The notes under the pieces are model-generated. The model was not told where the DNA came from. It saw only the letters and a program-made list of their open reading frames with translations, and did not search any database. From Geobacter sulfurreducens PCA (GTDB lineage Bacteria > Desulfobacterota > Desulfuromonadia > Geobacterales > Geobacteraceae): a DNA stretch of 32,000 bases. Both the position numbers and the translations under genes were made by a program. Positions 27,849 through 32,000 of the stretch are shown in pieces (position 1 is the stretch's first letter; each line of letters begins with the position of its first letter). The DNA lies in contig NC_002939.5 in assembly GCF_000007985.2 (NCBI RefSeq), positions 630,001 to 662,000 on the forward strand. The letters run 5' to 3'.

Positions 27849-28850
27849 ATGGCCGATTCGATTACCTTTTCCATCATCATTCCCGTGAAGCCGGGCGGAA
27901 CCGTCCGTGCCCTCGATCGCCTCGGATCGGCCGAGTATCCCTCCTCGCACATGGAGGTCCTGGTGGCCGAGGGGACGCGGCCGAGCCGTCAGCGTAACCA
28001 GGCTGCAGCCGCTGCAGCGGGCGAGATACTCTATTTTCTGGATGACGACTCTCTGACGTCACCGGATTTTCTGGCGCGGGCTGCGGCACACCTGGCCGAT
28101 CCATCCATAGCCGCCGTGGGCGGCCCGTCGCTCACCCCTGCATCCGACAGCCGATTCCAGCGCGCCATCGGCGTCGTTCTGGCATCGCGGCTGGGTGGGG
28201 GCGGGGCGCGCAACCGCTACCGCGCCACCGGCAGCCCCCGCCGCACGAGCGAGCGGGAACTGATCCTGTGCAACCTGGCCATGCGCCGGGATGTCTTCCT
28301 GGCGGAGGGGGGGCTTGACGAGCGGCTCTACCCCAACGAGGAGAACGAACTCATGGACCGGATCTCGAAGCGGGGAATGAGCCTCGTACACGATCCGGAC
28401 CTGGCTGTCCGGCGGAGCCAGCGACCCACGTTCCGGGCGTTTGTCCGTCAGTTTTTCGGCTATGGAAGGGGCCGCGGCGAGCAGACCCGCATAGCCGGTG
28501 TGCGCTCAGTGGTGGATTTCCTGCCAACGGTGTTTCTGATCTACCTGCTTCTCCTGCCGGTCGCGCCCTGGGCTCCCTGTTTCCTGCCTGCTGCCCTCTA
28601 CGGTGCGGCGGTTATGGTGTCGGCCCTGTCGGGTGCCGTGCATTCGCGCCTCTATGCCGCATTACCGTGGCTCGTTGTGCTCTATCCGACACTCCACCTC
28701 TGTTATGGGGCCGGCCTCTTGAAAGGCCTGCTGGCACCCCGCTTCAGGTCCGGTGGCGGGGAAACCGCGCCGGTCACGATCCGTTGCGTCAAGGAGTTCG
28801 GCACTCCTTGGCATCTGCCTGCCCACGGTCCCAGGGAGGTCCCGCGATGA
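27849..28850 (+). CDS. family 2 glycosyltransferase with C-terminal membrane domain
   Basis: ITFSIIIPVKPGG, PSRQRNQAA and a DxD-type LDDDS form a GT-A N-domain. Three to four hydrophobic helices lie in residues about 225-300. Confidence 0.8.
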   Translation: MADSITFSIIIPVKPGGTVRALDRLGSAEYPSSHMEVLVAEGTRPSRQRNQAAAAAAGEILYFLDDDSLTSPDFLARAAAHLADPSIAAVGGPSLTPASDSRFQRAIGVVLASRLGGGGARNRYRATGSPRRTSERELILCNLAMRRDVFLAEGGLDERLYPNEENELMDRISKRGMSLVHDPDLAVRRSQRPTFRAFVRQFFGYGRGRGEQTRIAGVRSVVDFLPTVFLIYLLLLPVAPWAPCFLPAALYGAAVMVSALSGAVHSRLYAALPWLVVLYPTLHLCYGAGLLKGLLAPRFRSGGGETAPVTIRCVKEFGTPWHLPAHGPREVPR

Positions 28851-30346
28851 CGGCATCGCCGCTGCCGCACAAGCGCATCCTGCTCGTCTTTTTTCTTCTG
28901 GTGACCGTGACGGTCTACGGGAACACCTTTTTCAACCAGTGGACCTATGACGATATCCCCGTTGTCCTGAAGAATCCCGATGCCCACTCGCTTGCCGGTT
29001 TTGCCCGGAACACGATGCCCGGCCGCCCCATACGCGAGCTCACCTACATCCCCGACCATCTCCTGTTCGGCGACCAGCCCGCCGGCTATCGCATCCAGCA
29101 GCTGGCCTGGCACGGAGTGAACGGACTGTTGCTGGTCGCCCTTTTCCACGCCCTGGGGGTAGAGCTTCCCTTTGCCCTCATGGGGGCGCTCCTCTTCCTG
29201 GTGCATCCCCTCCAGTCCGAGTCGGTGGCCGGCATCGCGCACCGCAAGGAGTTGCTGGCCCTGTTCTTTGCCCTCGGTGCCGTGCTCTGTTTCGTGGGGA
29301 GTTTCGCCGCCGCCGGGGGGCGGCGCCTTGCCTTGTGGCTCGCTGCTCTTGCCGCGTACGGTGGCGCACTCCTTGCCAATGAGGCCACGGTGACGCTGCC
29401 GCTCGTGGCTCTCCTCTACGAATGGCTGATGGTTGAACCAAGAAAAAGGGTGCTGCTCAGGCGTCCCCTCGTGACACTTCTCTTCCTCGTGGCGGCCGGT
29501 GCGGCGCTCATGTACCGGTTCCGGGGGCTCCTGGCACCTGAACATCTGCTCACGGTCTATTCCAAGAACAGCTTTGGTGCTTCGGAGAACTATCTTCCCC
29601 TCTTCATGGGTGCCATGAAGGCCTTCGGATTCTATCTCTCCAAGATCGTTCTCCCGGTCCGCCTAGCCCCCGAGTATGTATTCCGACTCTCCGAAAGCCT
29701 CTGGCAACCGTGGGCGTTGCTGTCGCTCGGGCTCCTTGCGTCAGTGGCAAGCGCGACGGTCTTTCTCCGTCGCCGGCTTCCCCTGGTATCGTTCGGTATC
29801 GGCTGGTTCCTCATTTTCTGGCTGCCGGTTTCCAACCTGGTTCCCGTGGCCTACCTGGCGGCGGACCGGTACATGTACCTCTGCCTTCCCGGCGTTGGGC
29901 TCGTCCTGGCGGGGTGCCTCCAACGCTGGCCCCACCGGAGATTTGTCGGCGCCTCCTGCCTCGTGATTGTTGTGTTCGCCGGGCTCACCGTGATACAAAA
30001 CGGGTACTGGCGCAGCGAACATACCCTCTGGCGGCATGCAGTCACGGTCAATCCCGACTCTACCTGGGTGCGCGAGACGGTGGGGCTGAGTTACCTGCTG
30101 ACGGGGGATTACAACCAGGCGGCGGCGCATGCGCGGGAGGCGCTACGGATCGACCGGTTCAATATCCGGGCGTACCTGACCCTGGCCAAGGCCGAGGAAC
30201 GGCGCGGCAATCTGGCCGAGGCGGTGCTCAATTACGAGATGTTCGCCATGTTCGGCGCCATGGAGTACCCGGACGAAGCCGCCGAGGTCAGGCTCTATCT
30301 GCCTGTCCTGCGGCAGCGTCAGGCAGTGCAGAAGCAACATCAGTGA
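28847..30346 (+). CDS. GT-C fold membrane glycosyltransferase of the TMTC/DUF1736 (PMT-like) type with C-terminal TPR repeats
   Basis: An ATGA start/stop overlap couples it to the preceding GT2. 499 aa. The first-loop acidic motif is FFNQWTYDDIPVVLKNPD, and HGVNGLLLV and VHPLQSESVAGIAHRKELLALFFAL resemble TMTC signature blocks. About 10 TM helices are followed by TPR-like helices (WRHAVTVNPDSTWV...YNQAAAHAREALRIDRFNIRAYLTLAKAEERRGNLAEA). Confidence 0.75.
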   Translation: MTASPLPHKRILLVFFLLVTVTVYGNTFFNQWTYDDIPVVLKNPDAHSLAGFARNTMPGRPIRELTYIPDHLLFGDQPAGYRIQQLAWHGVNGLLLVALFHALGVELPFALMGALLFLVHPLQSESVAGIAHRKELLALFFALGAVLCFVGSFAAAGGRRLALWLAALAAYGGALLANEATVTLPLVALLYEWLMVEPRKRVLLRRPLVTLLFLVAAGAALMYRFRGLLAPEHLLTVYSKNSFGASENYLPLFMGAMKAFGFYLSKIVLPVRLAPEYVFRLSESLWQPWALLSLGLLASVASATVFLRRRLPLVSFGIGWFLIFWLPVSNLVPVAYLAADRYMYLCLPGVGLVLAGCLQRWPHRRFVGASCLVIVVFAGLTVIQNGYWRSEHTLWRHAVTVNPDSTWVRETVGLSYLLTGDYNQAAAHAREALRIDRFNIRAYLTLAKAEERRGNLAEAVLNYEMFAMFGAMEYPDEAAEVRLYLPVLRQRQAVQKQHQ

Positions 30347-30354
30347 GGTGCCCG

Positions 30355-31305
30355 GTGGAACTGAGTATCGTTGTTCCGATCTACAATGAGGAAGAGACTA
30401 TTCCGCATCTTCATGCGCGGGTGAGCGACGCCCTGGTCGGGTCAGGCATCGACTACGAGCTGATTCTCGTGGATGACGGCTCCTCTGACGGCTCGTTCGC
30501 CCTGCTGCGGGAGATTGCCCAACAAGACCGGCGGGTGAAGGTGATCCGCTTCCGCCGCAACTTCGGCCAGACCGCCGCCATGGCGGCCGGCTTCGATGCC
30601 GCCCGGGGAAGGGTCATCGTGCCCATGGACGGCGACCTCCAGAACGACCCGGCTGACATTCCGATGCTCCTGGCCACGATCGACGAGGGGTACGACGTGG
30701 TCTCGGGCTGGCGCAAGGACCGGCAGGACACCTTCGTCAACCGGCGCCTTCCCTCCATTATCGCAAATGCGCTCATCTCCCGGATGACAGGGGTTCACCT
30801 CCACGATTACGGCTGCACCCTGAAGGCCTACCGGCGCGAAGTGCTGGACGGGGTCAATCTGTACGGAGAGATGCACCGGTTCGTCCCCGCCCTGGCCTCC
30901 CAGGTGGGGGCGCGGGTGACGGAGATACCGGTCCGCCACCATGCCCGCCTCTATGGCACGAGCAAATACGGCATTTCCCGTACCATGCGCGTCGTTCTGG
31001 ACCTGATGACGGTGAAGTTCCTGCTCACCTATTCCACCAAGCCGATCCAGCTCTTCGGCAAGTGGGGCATCTATACCATCCTGGCCGGGTTCCTGACCGG
31101 CGGGCTTACCCTCTCTATGAAACTCTTCGAGGGGATGAGCATGAACCGCAATCCCCTGCTGATCCTGACCGCCTTTCTCCTCTTCGGAGGGGTGCAGTTC
31201 ATCGCCCTCGGGCTGCTGGGAGAGGTGAACGCCCGAACCTACCACGAGTCCCAGGGGAAACCGATTTACGTCGTCCGGGAGAAAATCAACCTGGATGAAA
31301 GGTAG
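30355..31305 (+). CDS. polyprenyl-phosphate hexosyltransferase (GtrB/Dpm1/ArnC-like GT2 with two C-terminal TM helices)
   Basis: GAGGT lies 5 nt before GTG 30355 (alternative start GTG 30343, overlapping the upstream stop). Motifs LSIVVPIYNEEE, ELILVDDGSSDGS, NFGQTAAMAAGF, MDGDLQNDP, SGWRKDRQD and GEMHRFVP. Two TM helices occur at WGIYTILAGFLTGGL and LLILTAFLLFGGVQFIALGLLGE. Confidence 0.85.
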   Translation: MELSIVVPIYNEEETIPHLHARVSDALVGSGIDYELILVDDGSSDGSFALLREIAQQDRRVKVIRFRRNFGQTAAMAAGFDAARGRVIVPMDGDLQNDPADIPMLLATIDEGYDVVSGWRKDRQDTFVNRRLPSIIANALISRMTGVHLHDYGCTLKAYRREVLDGVNLYGEMHRFVPALASQVGARVTEIPVRHHARLYGTSKYGISRTMRVVLDLMTVKFLLTYSTKPIQLFGKWGIYTILAGFLTGGLTLSMKLFEGMSMNRNPLLILTAFLLFGGVQFIALGLLGEVNARTYHESQGKPIYVVREKINLDER

Positions 31306-31317
31306 GGGGGCGGCGCC

Positions 31318-32000
31318 GTGAGGATTCTCATGCTGGCCCCCACGCCGTTTTTCGCCGACCGCGGGTGCCACGTCAGGATTTACGAAGAGGCCCGGACGCT
31401 CATTGCCCGCGGGCACCAGGTGCGGATAGTCACCTACCATCTGGGGCGGGACATGGCGGGCATCCCCACGGACCGCACCCTGCGCGTCCCCTGGTACACG
31501 AAGCTTTCCGCCGGACCCTCCTGGCACAAGCCCTACCTGGATGTTCTCCTCTGCGGCACCGCCCTGCGCACCGCCCGGCGCCTGCGCCCCGACCTGATTC
31601 ATGCCCATCTGCATGAAGGGGCGTTCTTCGGCGTGTTCCTGAAAAAACTGATGGGTATCCCCCTTCTGTTCGACTGTCAGGGGAGCCTCACCATGGAGCT
31701 GGCCGACCACGGGTTTGTCCGCGAAGGGTCGCTGCTCTACCGTTTTTTCGCCCTAATGGAGGGGGGAATCAACCGCAGCGCCGATGCCATCGTGACCAGT
31801 TCGGGGCCGGGCAGGGACGATCTCGTCACGAAATGGGGGGTGCCGGCTGTAAAGGTGACGGCCCTCATGGACGGGGTCGATACCGCGGTGTTCCGTCCCC
31901 ATGACCGCACGGAGGTTCGCCGCCGGCTCGGCATCGCGCCGGACGTGCCGCTGGCGGTCTATCTAGGAGTGCTGAACCGCTACCAGGGGATCGATCTTCT
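31318..32000 (+). CDS. family 4 (GT-B) glycosyltransferase, N-terminal part; the 3' end lies outside the window
   Basis: Absent from the ORF track because there is no stop in the window. I translated it by eye from GTG 31318: (M)RILMLAPTPFFADRGCHVRIYEEARTLIARGHQVRIVTYH...DLIHAHLHEG...MDGVDTAVFRP. The frame stays open to nt 32000 and is typical of a GT4 N-domain. Confidence 0.75.
   Translation, partial: MRILMLAPTPFFADRGCHVRIYEEARTLIARGHQVRIVTYHLGRDMAGIPTDRTLRVPWYTKLSAGPSWHKPYLDVLLCGTALRTARRLRPDLIHAHLHEGAFFGVFLKKLMGIPLLFDCQGSLTMELADHGFVREGSLLYRFFALMEGGINRSADAIVTSSGPGRDDLVTKWGVPAVKVTALMDGVDTAVFRPHDRTEVRRRLGIAPDVPLAVYLGVLNRYQGIDL

Noticed and set aside
1-32000. CRISPR arrays, IS elements or transposases, toxin-antitoxin or defence-system genes.
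   Set aside because: There are no spaced direct-repeat arrays, no terminal inverted repeats, and no ORFs with transposase, integrase, nuclease or defence signatures. Every sizeable ORF is accounted for by the features listed.

Overview
High-GC (about 60%) chromosomal segment that I recognise as Geobacter sulfurreducens. The 91-aa ORF at 18092-18367 matches my memory of the triheme periplasmic cytochrome PpcA (mature ADDIVLKAKNGDVKFPHKAHQKAVPDCKKCHEKGPGK...). The 232-aa tetraheme ORF at 24654-25352 is the nanowire-forming outer-surface cytochrome OmcE. The left 18 kb is mostly housekeeping: the tail of a sigma-54 response regulator, a HAMP histidine kinase whose periplasmic domain carries a CXXCH motif, a 1193-aa GH13-like protein, an MtfA-like HExxH peptidase and a secreted hypothetical. 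It continues with tRNA-Thr(CGU), a TPP-riboswitch-controlled thiED-thiC operon, alr, a selenocysteine-containing selD overlapped by a ferredoxin-less DUF4445/ASKHA ATPase gene, and purH-purD-purE. The right 14 kb is a co-directional extracellular-electron-transfer locus. It holds ppcA (own strong promoter and terminator) and resB-ccsA (System II cytochrome c maturation) followed by two multiheme 'doubled-CXXCH' cytochromes and an NHL beta-propeller lipoprotein. Next come a terminator, an AT-rich region with a near-consensus sigma-54 promoter and omcE with its own terminator. These are followed by a 755-aa outer-membrane beta-barrel and a four-gene glycosyltransferase block: GT2, a TMTC/PMT-like GT-C with TPRs, a GtrB/Dpm1-like polyprenyl-P-hexose synthase, and a GT4 that runs off the window. 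The most interesting hypothesis is that the beta-barrel and the GT-C plus polyprenyl-P-sugar synthase pair form a so far unassigned export and periplasmic glycosylation module for the OmcE filament, which has been reported to be glycosylated. No CRISPR array, IS element, integrase or prophage signal was seen. Many long ORFs in the track are GC-driven antisense shadows.
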